Positions 40,751 through 49,193 of a stretch of DNA of 64,000 nt are shown one piece after another. Within the stretch, counting starts at the first letter, position 1. Every line of letters begins with the position of its first letter. The position numbers and the translations under genes were made by a program. The notes under the pieces were generated by a model. It was given only the letters and a program-made list of their open reading frames with translations. It was not told the origin of the DNA and did no database searches. The DNA is from Candidatus Sumerlaeota bacterium (GTDB lineage Bacteria > Sumerlaeota > Sumerlaeia > UBA8349). Location of the stretch: the NCBI GenBank assembly GCA_016931035.1, contig JAFGFN010000026.1, positions 21,235 to 85,234 of the forward strand. The letters are read 5' to 3'.

Positions 40751-42712
40751 TTGCGACTCATGATTCGCGCTTTCGACATCGCTTTCTCCCTCGTCGCGCT
40801 CGTGCTGCTCGCTCCGCTTGCGCTCTTGATCGCCTTATTGATCAAGATCGATTCGAGCGGCCCCGTCCTCTTTCTCCAAAAACGCGTCGGGCGCGGCGGC
40901 GTTCCGTTCACGATGTTCAAGTTCCGCAAGATGCGCGAGGGGCTCGCCAACCAAGGGCCCGCCGTCACGTCGCGCTACGACAGCCGCCTCACCGTCGTCG
41001 GACGCTGGCTCGAACGAACGAAGCTCGACGAGCTCCCCCAACTCCTCAACGTCCTCAAGGGCGACATGGCCGTCGTTGGCCCTCGACCCGAACTCGAGGA
41101 GTTCACGCGCTTCTATCCCGAGAAATGGAAGGACGTCCTTTCCGTCCGGCCCGGCTTGATCGGCCCCAGCCAGGTCCTCCATCGCAACGAGTCCGAGCTC
41201 TATCCGCCCGACTGTCGCGACCGCGAGGATTTCTACGTCCGCCGTATCCTGCCCGACAAACTCGATTGCGACATCCGGTACATCGAGAACGCTTCGCTTC
41301 TCTACAACCTCACCATCCTGATGCGAGCGCTCTTTCGCACGCTAATCGGGACGATCACACGCGATTCGACGATCTCGACGGCCCGGAGCCTCTATCTGCT
41401 CGTCTCCTATACGCTAGTCTCCATCCTGAGTCTCTACGCCGCCTACCGGCTCCGGTATCCGGACGCCATGCCGGTGACCGACGCGCGGATCTTCAGACTC
41501 AGCTTCCCCATTCCGATCGTTGTGTATCCGCTCGTGTTCCTGTCGCTGCGCGTCCATCGCCGCATGTTCGGGAGCCTGACGCTCGAAGACGTGACGGCGT
41601 TCTTCAAGAGCTGCGTCGTCGGGTCGTTCCTGATGATCCTGGTCCTTCTGATCCTCGACGCCCGGGAGTTCTCGAGACTGGTCTACAGCATCGACTTCGT
41701 TTTCCGTTTTCTCGGCCTGACGCTCCTGGCCTACGTCGAGTATCAATACACTCAAAAACGCAAGCTCCTGACCGGCCGCGACATCGTCCGAGCGGTCGTC
41801 TTCGAGGCGGTCGCCGTCGCCTTTTTGGTCCTGTGCTCGATTCTTCTCATCGCCTTCGCCGTCCCTCGCCCGTCCGAAGCCGCCGCCGACTTCGCGCGAA
41901 CGATCTGGGCCGTCGCCGCGCTCGCCGTCGCCGCGCCGCTCATCTACATGGCGACCTTCCAGGAAGTCCCAAGACGACTCGTCTACTATCTCAAGGTCAA
42001 GATGAAGCAAACCGCCATCATGCTCGCCCAAGGCGCGTTGTTCCTCGTGGTCGTCTCGCTCCTCCTCGACGTGCGCGACTACTCGCGCCCCGCCGTCCTC
42101 CTCTCGATCGTCGTCCTGACCGCGTCGCTCATGGCGTTCTTCGTTCTCACTTGGTGGTTGCGCTGGCGCTCGCTTCCCGAGGTCCGGCGCGACCGCGTGC
42201 TCCTGATCGGTCTCGCGCCCGACCTCGACCTGTTCATCACCGCGCTGCAACGCAGCCACGTCGACTACTCGATCGTCGGCATCATCAGCGACGAGACACG
42301 GGATCGGTTCTATACCGTCTCGAAGATCGAGATTCTGGGGACGCTCAACGAGCTCGAAGACGTCCTCAACGTATACCGCGTGGATACGTTCGTCGTCTCG
42401 TCCGAACGCCTCGGCCCCCACGAGATGGCCTGGGTGCGGCAAATCGCCCGCGCGCACAACGTCGCGGTCCGATACATCACCGGGGTCGATCGGTTCATGC
42501 GGCTGGATGCGGAGCGAGAGGAATCCGCACTGGAACGGTCGGCAGTGGAAGAAATCGCGAAGCCTTCACTCCCCGTCACCCCTCCCGCGGAAAAAGCGGA
42601 AGCGGCAAACGGCGAAAGGAAACGGAAGCGTTCATCTCGTTCGCGCCGCGCCGCCGCGTCTCGACCGAAGGAACCGCCACGCGCCGCAGAGACTTCCGAA
42701 TCCGTAGGATAG
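40751..42712 (+). CDS. Polyprenyl-phosphate sugar phosphotransferase (Bac_transf/WbaP catalytic domain) with permuted domain order
   Basis: The N-terminal 200 aa form the complete sugar-transferase catalytic domain (KRVGRGGVPFTMFKFRKM ... DELPQLLNVLKGDMAVVGPRPE). They are followed by a multi-TM segment, a Rossmann-like CoA_binding_3-like region (VLLIGLAPD...VDTFVV) and a basic low-complexity tail. Confidence 0.75.
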   Translation: MRLMIRAFDIAFSLVALVLLAPLALLIALLIKIDSSGPVLFLQKRVGRGGVPFTMFKFRKMREGLANQGPAVTSRYDSRLTVVGRWLERTKLDELPQLLNVLKGDMAVVGPRPELEEFTRFYPEKWKDVLSVRPGLIGPSQVLHRNESELYPPDCRDREDFYVRRILPDKLDCDIRYIENASLLYNLTILMRALFRTLIGTITRDSTISTARSLYLLVSYTLVSILSLYAAYRLRYPDAMPVTDARIFRLSFPIPIVVYPLVFLSLRVHRRMFGSLTLEDVTAFFKSCVVGSFLMILVLLILDAREFSRLVYSIDFVFRFLGLTLLAYVEYQYTQKRKLLTGRDIVRAVVFEAVAVAFLVLCSILLIAFAVPRPSEAAADFARTIWAVAALAVAAPLIYMATFQEVPRRLVYYLKVKMKQTAIMLAQGALFLVVVSLLLDVRDYSRPAVLLSIVVLTASLMAFFVLTWWLRWRSLPEVRRDRVLLIGLAPDLDLFITALQRSHVDYSIVGIISDETRDRFYTVSKIEILGTLNELEDVLNVYRVDTFVVSSERLGPHEMAWVRQIARAHNVAVRYITGVDRFMRLDAEREESALERSAVEEIAKPSLPVTPPAEKAEAANGERKRKRSSRSRRAAASRPKEPPRAAETSESVG

Positions 42713-43732
42713 ATGGAAGATCGGGAAGACGACCGGAAGCGCGACCAGCAGCACCCACCCGTTCCTGGCCGCCGCCTGAATAGACGCCCCCAGAACGCAC
42801 GCGAGATACACCGCCACGCCCGCCGCGAGACACCGCGCGAAAAGGACGTGAACGAACGCCAACGGGATCCCGACAAGAAGCGCGCAGACGAACGCCAGCG
42901 GGACCCAGTGCCGGATCGACGCCGCTCGACCGTGCTTCTGCATCACGCGAATCTTCCAGAACCCGTACTCGAAGTACTGCCGCCAGAGCGACCGAAACGA
43001 ACCGCGCGCCACGTACCACGACCGAATCGCGGGCGATTGCCAAATCTTCTTGTGCGCCCGCGTCAGGCGCAGGTTCATCTCGTCGTCCTGATTTCGCATC
43101 AACTCCTCGTCGAACCAACCGACTTCGTTGAAAAGCGCGTTGCGCCAACACCCGAGATAGACCGTATCGACCCGCCCTTCGTAATCGAGATCGCGACACC
43201 GAGCCCCGCCGACGGCGAACGGATGTTGGAACGCCGCGGCGATGGCGCGCGACAGAACCGACTCGCCGGCTTCAGCGCGCCAGGGTCCGCCGACGTTGTC
43301 GGCCTTCGTCTCGCGCAGGGTCTCGACGCACCGCGCCACGTAGTCGTCGGCGATCCGCGTGTGGGCGTCGACCCGGATGACGATCTCTCCCCGCGCCCGT
43401 TGAATCCCTTCGTTCAATGCCGTCGAGACGATGCGCCGTGGATTGGCGATCAACCGGACCCGCGGATCGCGCCGCGCGATTTCCGCGACGATCTTGTCGG
43501 TCCCGTCGTCGCTTATCCCGTCGCACACGAGGACCTCGAACCCGCCCGGCACGTCCTTCTGAGCCAGAATCGACTCGAGACACGCGCGGATCATGTCGCT
43601 TTCGTTCCGCACCGGAACGACGACGGATACGACCGGTGAGACTTGAGGAGACGAGGGGTCGGGGTTCATACGCTTCGAATCGGCTTGTTGGCGTTTGGCG
43701 AATATGCGATAGTCCGGTAGCGCTTCGGACAT
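42632..43732 (-). CDS. Glycosyltransferase family 2 with C-terminal TM helices
   Basis: GT2 core (VVSVVVPVRNE...DGISDDGT...VDAH). An alternative start is at 43669. Confidence 0.75.
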   Translation of the reverse strand: MSEALPDYRIFAKRQQADSKRMNPDPSSPQVSPVVSVVVPVRNESDMIRACLESILAQKDVPGGFEVLVCDGISDDGTDKIVAEIARRDPRVRLIANPRRIVSTALNEGIQRARGEIVIRVDAHTRIADDYVARCVETLRETKADNVGGPWRAEAGESVLSRAIAAAFQHPFAVGGARCRDLDYEGRVDTVYLGCWRNALFNEVGWFDEELMRNQDDEMNLRLTRAHKKIWQSPAIRSWYVARGSFRSLWRQYFEYGFWKIRVMQKHGRAASIRHWVPLAFVCALLVGIPLAFVHVLFARCLAAGVAVYLACVLGASIQAAARNGWVLLVALPVVFPIFHLSYGFGSLCGAWRFLRSRRGGAARTR

Positions 43733-43790
43733 ATCTCAGAAGAAGTGTAACGCAAAGCCGCCAAGGCGCAAAGAGAAGAAAGCGACAAGG

Positions 43791-44915
43791 GTGACGAAAG
43801 TGAAGATTCTCACCGTCGTCGGCGCGCGGCCCCAATTCATCAAGGCCGCCATGGTGAGCCGCGCCGTCGCCCGACACAACGCCGCCGCCCTCCCCACGGC
43901 CCCACCCGTAGTCGAGGAAATCGTCCACACGGGTCAGCACTACGATCACGGAATGAGCCAGGCCTTCTTCGACGAGATGGAGATCCCCGGTCCCGCCGTC
44001 AATCTCGGCGTCGGGTCGGGCACCCACGGCGAGACAACCGCCGCCATGCTCCGCGGCCTCGAGGCCGAGATCGTCGCGCGCCGTCCCGACTGGGTCCTCG
44101 TCTACGGCGACACGAATTCGACTCTCGCCGGCGCGCTGGCCGCCGCGAAACTCCACGTCCCCGTCGCGCACGTCGAGGCCGGGCTGCGTTCCTTCAACAA
44201 ACGAATGCCCGAGGAGATCAACCGTCTCGTCGCCGACCACGTCTCGACCCTTCTCTTCTGCCCCACCCGCGCGGCGGTCGAGAACCTCGCGAGCGAGGGG
44301 ATCGCCGACGGAGTTCACGCGGTGGGCGACGTGATGTACGACGCCGCGCTCGCCTTCGGAGACCTCGCCCGCCAACACAGCGACGTTCTCGATCGCCTCG
44401 GTCTCGCGCCGAAGGGCTACGCCCTCGCCACCTGTCACCGCGCCGAAAACACCGATAGCGGCGAACGCCTCGCCGCCATTCTCGACGGCCTGGGCCGCGT
44501 CGCCGAGTCCGTGCCGGTCGTTTTGCCGCTCCACCCTCGCACGCGCGAGCGGATCGAACGATTCGGGTTCGCGAAACGCGCCGAGCGTCTCCGCACCGTC
44601 GAGCCCGTCTCGTTTCTCGACATGATCCGGCTCGAGCAGGAGGCGCGCGCGATCCTCACGGACTCCGGCGGCGTTCAGAAGGAGGCCTACTTCCACGGCG
44701 TGCCGTGCGTCACGTTGCGCGACGAGACCGAATGGGTCGAGACTGTCGAGGCCGGATGGAACACCCTGGCGGGCGCCGACGCCGACGCGATCGCCCAGGC
44801 CGCGCGCGACGCCTCCCCCGGCCGCCCGATCGCCGACTACGGCGACGGCCACGCGGCGGACAAGATCCTCTCAATCCTTCTCTGCCCTTCCTCAAACCCC
44901 GAGGAAGAAACCTGA
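43791..44915 (+). CDS. wecB: UDP-N-acetylglucosamine 2-epimerase (non-hydrolysing)
   Basis: Contains the WecB motifs (VGARPQFIKAA and HVEAGLRS). GTG start at 43791 or 43800. Confidence 0.85.
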   Translation: MTKVKILTVVGARPQFIKAAMVSRAVARHNAAALPTAPPVVEEIVHTGQHYDHGMSQAFFDEMEIPGPAVNLGVGSGTHGETTAAMLRGLEAEIVARRPDWVLVYGDTNSTLAGALAAAKLHVPVAHVEAGLRSFNKRMPEEINRLVADHVSTLLFCPTRAAVENLASEGIADGVHAVGDVMYDAALAFGDLARQHSDVLDRLGLAPKGYALATCHRAENTDSGERLAAILDGLGRVAESVPVVLPLHPRTRERIERFGFAKRAERLRTVEPVSFLDMIRLEQEARAILTDSGGVQKEAYFHGVPCVTLRDETEWVETVEAGWNTLAGADADAIAQAARDASPGRPIADYGDGHAADKILSILLCPSSNPEEET

Positions 44916-44966
44916 GGCTTTTCCTGAATGCGGAGAATACCTCTTGCCGACGCCGATCTCTCGAGT

Positions 44967-45062
44967 TGTCGTTGACTCTGGCCAACTGAAGTTGGAACAA
45001 CAAACAAAGAACCCACACGGGCTACGCTTGTCCGTTTGTTGTCCCAACTTCAGTTGGCCAAC
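44967..45062. repeat. 96-bp palindromic repeat element, copy B
   Basis: Same 5' 44 nt as copy A (2 SNPs). Right arm ccgtttgttgtcccaacttcagttggcc is the near-perfect reverse complement of the left arm. Same orientation as copy A. Confidence 0.8.
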
Positions 45063-45101
45063 ACATCCGTCATTCCCGAGAATCCCGGAAGTGTCTTCAT
45101 C

Positions 45102-47012
45102 TCAAACGAACGGTCTACGGTTGTCGAGGAACTGGCGGCAGAAGCTGTTGAGGCAGAGGAAACCCCAGATCTTGCGGCCGAAACTCGGCTCGCTCGGAAG
45201 ACCCCGCCGGATCGCGTCGAAATCGAGAAACTCCCGCGCCGCCTGCGAGGGTTCGCCGAACGCCTTCTCGACGAACTCCTTGAGCGCGTCGCCGTACCAT
45301 TGCACCAGCGGGACCGGGAATCCCATCTTGTCCTTGCGCCCGAGGACGCTCGCGGGCAGGGTGTCGCCGAAGAAGAGTTTGGGCAGACGCTTGAGCTCGC
45401 CCCCCCTGAACTTCACGTTCGCCGGGATCGTCGCCACGAACTCGACCAGCGGATGGTCGAGGAACGGGGTGCGCGACTCGACGCCGTGCGCCATGCTCGT
45501 CCGGTCCTCCACTTGGAGCAGCGCGGGCAGGAGCGTGAGGAAGTCGAAGTGGAGCATGCTGTCGAAGTAGCATCGGCTCCCGATCTCGTTGGAGAAATAC
45601 ACGCGGCGAAACTCTTCGTACACGTCGTAGTCGCGCGGGAAAGCGTCCCACCGCACTTCGTCGCGCACCTCGGCGCTGCGGTCGATCAGGCGGAAGTAAC
45701 GGCGGTCGTAGTCGTCGAACATCCCGGCGCTGAAGAAGTGGCGCATCAGAGGCTCGTATCCGGCGAGCGACTGGAGATTCGGGATGATCGACTCATAGGT
45801 GACGATGAAACGCGGCGAATGGCTCTCGCCCGCCACCGCGCCTTTGAGGCACTGCTCGAAGTAAGCGATCAGGTATCGAACGTACCCGCCGAAGATTTCG
45901 TCCGCGCCCTGTCCCCCTAGGACGACCTTGCGTTTCCCTTTCACGTACTTCGAGACGACGTACTGAGGGAACGAGCCGGGCCCGGCGACCGGGAAGTCCA
46001 TGTGATAGATCAGGCGGTCGAACGCATCGACGAAGTCGTCGCTCGACACCGGGATCTCGCGCAGGTCGATCCCTTCGCGTCGCGCGACGTCGCGCGCGAA
46101 CCCGCTTTCGTCGAACCGTTCGCCGTATCCGCGAAAGACGCCGTGGAACGCCATGAAATCGTCGGCGCCCGTCGCGCGTCGGGCCAGGGCGGCGATGCCG
46201 CTCGAATCGATGCCGCCGCTCAGATAGCCGCTCACGGGAACGTCGCTCACGACGTGCGCGCGGATCGAGTCCTCCATGAGCTCGCGGCATCGCTCGACGA
46301 ACCACGCCTCGCCGTGCTCCATGTCGAGGTCGTACCGTACCTTCCAGTAGGTGTGTGACCGCGTCCCCTCGGAATCGACCGTCCGCCACGTAGCGGGCGC
46401 GACCTCCTCGATGTTCTCGAACAGGGTCTTGCCGCGCAGGCAGAACTGGAAGGTCAGATAATCGCGCAGTCCCGAGCGGTCGATCCGCACGTCGGGAAGG
46501 AACGAAAAGAGCGCCTTGATCTCGGAGGCGAAATAGAGCGTCTCGCCCGACCAGGCGACGTACAACGGCTTGATCCCGAAACGATCGCGCGCGAGGAAGA
46601 GCCGTCGGCGGCGGGCGTCCCAGATCGCGAAGGCGAACATCCCGCGCAGGTACTCGGGACAGGCCTCGCCCCACTCCATATAGGCCTTGAGGATCACCTC
46701 GGTGTCGGACTGCGTCCGAAAGCGGTGCTTGGATTCGAGGCGGGCGCGCAGCTCGCGAAAGTTGTAGATCTCGCCGTTGAAGACGATAGTGAGGTCGGCC
46801 TCGTCTTCGCGCATCGGTTGGCGCGCGCGTTCCGAGAGATCGAGAACGCTGAGCCGAACGTGGCCCATCCCGAGGGCGGCGTCGGGCGCGAGCCAGAGAC
46901 CTTCGTCGTCGGGTCCGCGGTGCTTCTGCAGGGCGTTCATCCGCTCGAGGCGTTCGCCCAGCCGGTCGATCGCCCCGCCTGACGGATTGAAGATTCCCGC
47001 GATCCCGCACAT
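45102..47012 (-). CDS. asnB: Asparagine synthetase B-type glutamine amidotransferase
   Basis: N-terminal MCGIAG nucleophile and the PP-loop SGGIDSS. Confidence 0.85.
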   Translation of the reverse strand: MCGIAGIFNPSGGAIDRLGERLERMNALQKHRGPDDEGLWLAPDAALGMGHVRLSVLDLSERARQPMREDEADLTIVFNGEIYNFRELRARLESKHRFRTQSDTEVILKAYMEWGEACPEYLRGMFAFAIWDARRRRLFLARDRFGIKPLYVAWSGETLYFASEIKALFSFLPDVRIDRSGLRDYLTFQFCLRGKTLFENIEEVAPATWRTVDSEGTRSHTYWKVRYDLDMEHGEAWFVERCRELMEDSIRAHVVSDVPVSGYLSGGIDSSGIAALARRATGADDFMAFHGVFRGYGERFDESGFARDVARREGIDLREIPVSSDDFVDAFDRLIYHMDFPVAGPGSFPQYVVSKYVKGKRKVVLGGQGADEIFGGYVRYLIAYFEQCLKGAVAGESHSPRFIVTYESIIPNLQSLAGYEPLMRHFFSAGMFDDYDRRYFRLIDRSAEVRDEVRWDAFPRDYDVYEEFRRVYFSNEIGSRCYFDSMLHFDFLTLLPALLQVEDRTSMAHGVESRTPFLDHPLVEFVATIPANVKFRGGELKRLPKLFFGDTLPASVLGRKDKMGFPVPLVQWYGDALKEFVEKAFGEPSQAAREFLDFDAIRRGLPSEPSFGRKIWGFLCLNSFCRQFLDNRRPFV

Positions 47013-47014
47013 GG

Positions 47015-48229
47015 CTAGACCCCCAATCGTTCATACCACCGAATCAGATTCGCCGCCTGCGTTTTCCACGAATATCGCTCGCGGGCCCGGTCGAACGATT
47101 CGGGCCGGAACTCGCCGCGGTCGAGCCGCGCGAGGAACGCGTCGAGCGCCGCGGCGATCTCGCGCTCCGACCCCATAGGATACACGTCGCCGATTTCGCC
47201 TTCGCGCACGATCCGGCGCAGCTCGGGCAGGTCGCTCGCGCACACCGCGACGCCCGCCTCGATGAACTCGAAGAGCTTGTTCGGCGTGCAATACAGACTG
47301 TTGAGCATCCCGCTCTCGCGATAGGGGATCACTCCCGCGTCGGCCGCCGCGACAAACGCCATCATGCGCCGGTGCGACGTCCAGGCGCCGAAATGGACGT
47401 TCGAGATTCTCTTGCGGCGACAGAGAGACCGCAAGCGCTCTTTCTCCGTCCCCTCGCCCAGGAAGAAGAGACTCGCCCGTCCCTCGAGATGCCGGAAGGC
47501 GAGCGTCAGGTTCCTCAGGTTCCGATCGGCCGACAGGTTCCCCTGAAAGACGATCTTTCGCCCCGCCGAGGAGGGCGAGCCGAAATGCTTCGCGAAATCC
47601 CCGTTACCCGCGGGTGCCGGACACGGCTCGGCGCAGCTGTTGTAAAGAATCTCGGGAATCGCCGTCCCGTACAAGCCCGCCATCGCCTCGGCGATGGATT
47701 GGTTAACGGCGATGGCGAGATTCACTTCGGATAGACACGCGCGTTCGATCCGCGTCCAATAACGCTGAAAGAACGGATTGATCGTCTGGAAGGGGAAGAA
47801 CTCGTGCGCGTCGTAAATGAGCCGGGCGCGCGGACACTGTCTCTTGCGGACCTCGATCCCCGCGGGCAGGGTTTTCAGGTCGTGACAGTGGATCGCGTCG
47901 AACGTCTCGCCCGCCGGGACGTTGCGCAGAAAGTAAGCCGTGTTGTGAGGCGAAGGGCCGCTCCCGAACAGATACCACAAGCTCTGCGCGAGACCGTAGA
48001 GTCCCGAGGGGAGGCGTCGCGCAACGCGACGCGCGGACGAAGAACTCTCGAACTCGCCACCCGACTCGACCACCGCCCGCACGCGCGGGTCGAGTCCCTC
48101 GGCCTCGATGCGGGTGGGGACGGAAACGAGCGTCGCATCGCGCCCCGATTCGACCAAAGCGTTCGTCTCGCCGACGATTCGCCGGTCGAGCTGCGTTCCG
48201 TGGGCGGAGAGTACGAGGATTCGCGACAT
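47015..48229 (-). CDS. Glycosyltransferase family 4
   Basis: 404 aa with a GT-B C-terminal domain. 2-nt gap to asnB. Confidence 0.75.
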   Translation of the reverse strand: MSRILVLSAHGTQLDRRIVGETNALVESGRDATLVSVPTRIEAEGLDPRVRAVVESGGEFESSSSARRVARRLPSGLYGLAQSLWYLFGSGPSPHNTAYFLRNVPAGETFDAIHCHDLKTLPAGIEVRKRQCPRARLIYDAHEFFPFQTINPFFQRYWTRIERACLSEVNLAIAVNQSIAEAMAGLYGTAIPEILYNSCAEPCPAPAGNGDFAKHFGSPSSAGRKIVFQGNLSADRNLRNLTLAFRHLEGRASLFFLGEGTEKERLRSLCRRKRISNVHFGAWTSHRRMMAFVAAADAGVIPYRESGMLNSLYCTPNKLFEFIEAGVAVCASDLPELRRIVREGEIGDVYPMGSEREIAAALDAFLARLDRGEFRPESFDRARERYSWKTQAANLIRWYERLGV

Positions 48230-48330
48230 ACCGATCCTTCGCCGCGGCGATTCAATGGGTTCGTCTCGCTACAGCACGGTTCTACAGGAGGAAGCGGACG
48301 GACTCCACTGGTTTCTGACAGTCAAAAACG

Positions 48331-48360
48331 TTGACGGGCTAGGACCCCCGAGCCTAATCT
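48331..48360 (+). promoter_or_regulatory. Candidate sigma70-like promoter TTGACG-N18-TAATCT upstream of wzm
   Basis: -35 at 48331-48336, -10 at 48355-48360. ATG at 48383. Confidence 0.25.
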
Positions 48361-48382
48361 GATCCCGGGAGCGAGAACGAAT

Positions 48383-49183
48383 ATGAAGTCCGGCCCTCTG
48401 TGTTTGCTCACCAAGCACCGCGCCATGTTGTGTCGAACAACGTGGAACGAGATCAAGGCGCGTTACGCCGGCTCGATTCTCGGGCTCGCCTGGCTCGTTT
48501 TCTATCCTCTCCTGTTCCTCGGAGTCTACTCGGTCTTCATCTACATCCTGATGGGAAAGCGCGCAGGCGATCTTTCCGATCCCGCCTTGATCGACCAGGT
48601 GCTTCTCGTTTTCTGCGGCCTGATTCCGTTCATCGGTTTCGCCGAAGGGTTGGCGGGCGGCGTGGTCTCGGTCACGCAGAACGCGAACCTGATCAAGAAC
48701 ACCCTGTTCCCCATCGAACTGGTCCCCGTCAAGGCGGTCCTCGTCGGGCAGTGCACCCAGGTGGTCGGTACGGCGATGCTGCTGGTGTGTCTGGCCGTCT
48801 TCGGCAAGTTGACGATCTGGGTTCTCGTTCTGCCGCTCGTCTGGCTGCTGCAAATCGCCCTGTCGGTAGGGGTGGCCTGGATTCTGTCGAGCCTCAACGT
48901 CTATTTCCGCGACCTGCAAAACATCGTCGGCGTCGTCACGTTGATGTTGATGTTGATCAGCCCGATCGCCTGGAAGGCGGTCGACATCCCGGCGAGCGTT
49001 CTGCCGTGGATGATGTTCAACCCCTTGTACTACGTCATCGTCGCGTGTCAGCAATGTCTGTTGCTCGGTCGTTTCCCCGACCCGATCCTTCTCGAAGTGC
49101 TCGGAGTTCTCGCCGTGCTCGTCTTCTTCGGCGGATACGCCTTCTTCCGCAGGATGAAGCGTGTGTTCGCCGACAACGTCTGA
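48383..49183 (+). CDS. wzm: ABC-2 type polysaccharide export permease
   Basis: 266 aa, 6 TM helices, ABC-2 family pattern. Confidence 0.8.
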   Translation: MKSGPLCLLTKHRAMLCRTTWNEIKARYAGSILGLAWLVFYPLLFLGVYSVFIYILMGKRAGDLSDPALIDQVLLVFCGLIPFIGFAEGLAGGVVSVTQNANLIKNTLFPIELVPVKAVLVGQCTQVVGTAMLLVCLAVFGKLTIWVLVLPLVWLLQIALSVGVAWILSSLNVYFRDLQNIVGVVTLMLMLISPIAWKAVDIPASVLPWMMFNPLYYVIVACQQCLLLGRFPDPILLEVLGVLAVLVFFGGYAFFRRMKRVFADNV

Positions 49184-49193
49184 AGGCGTCCAA

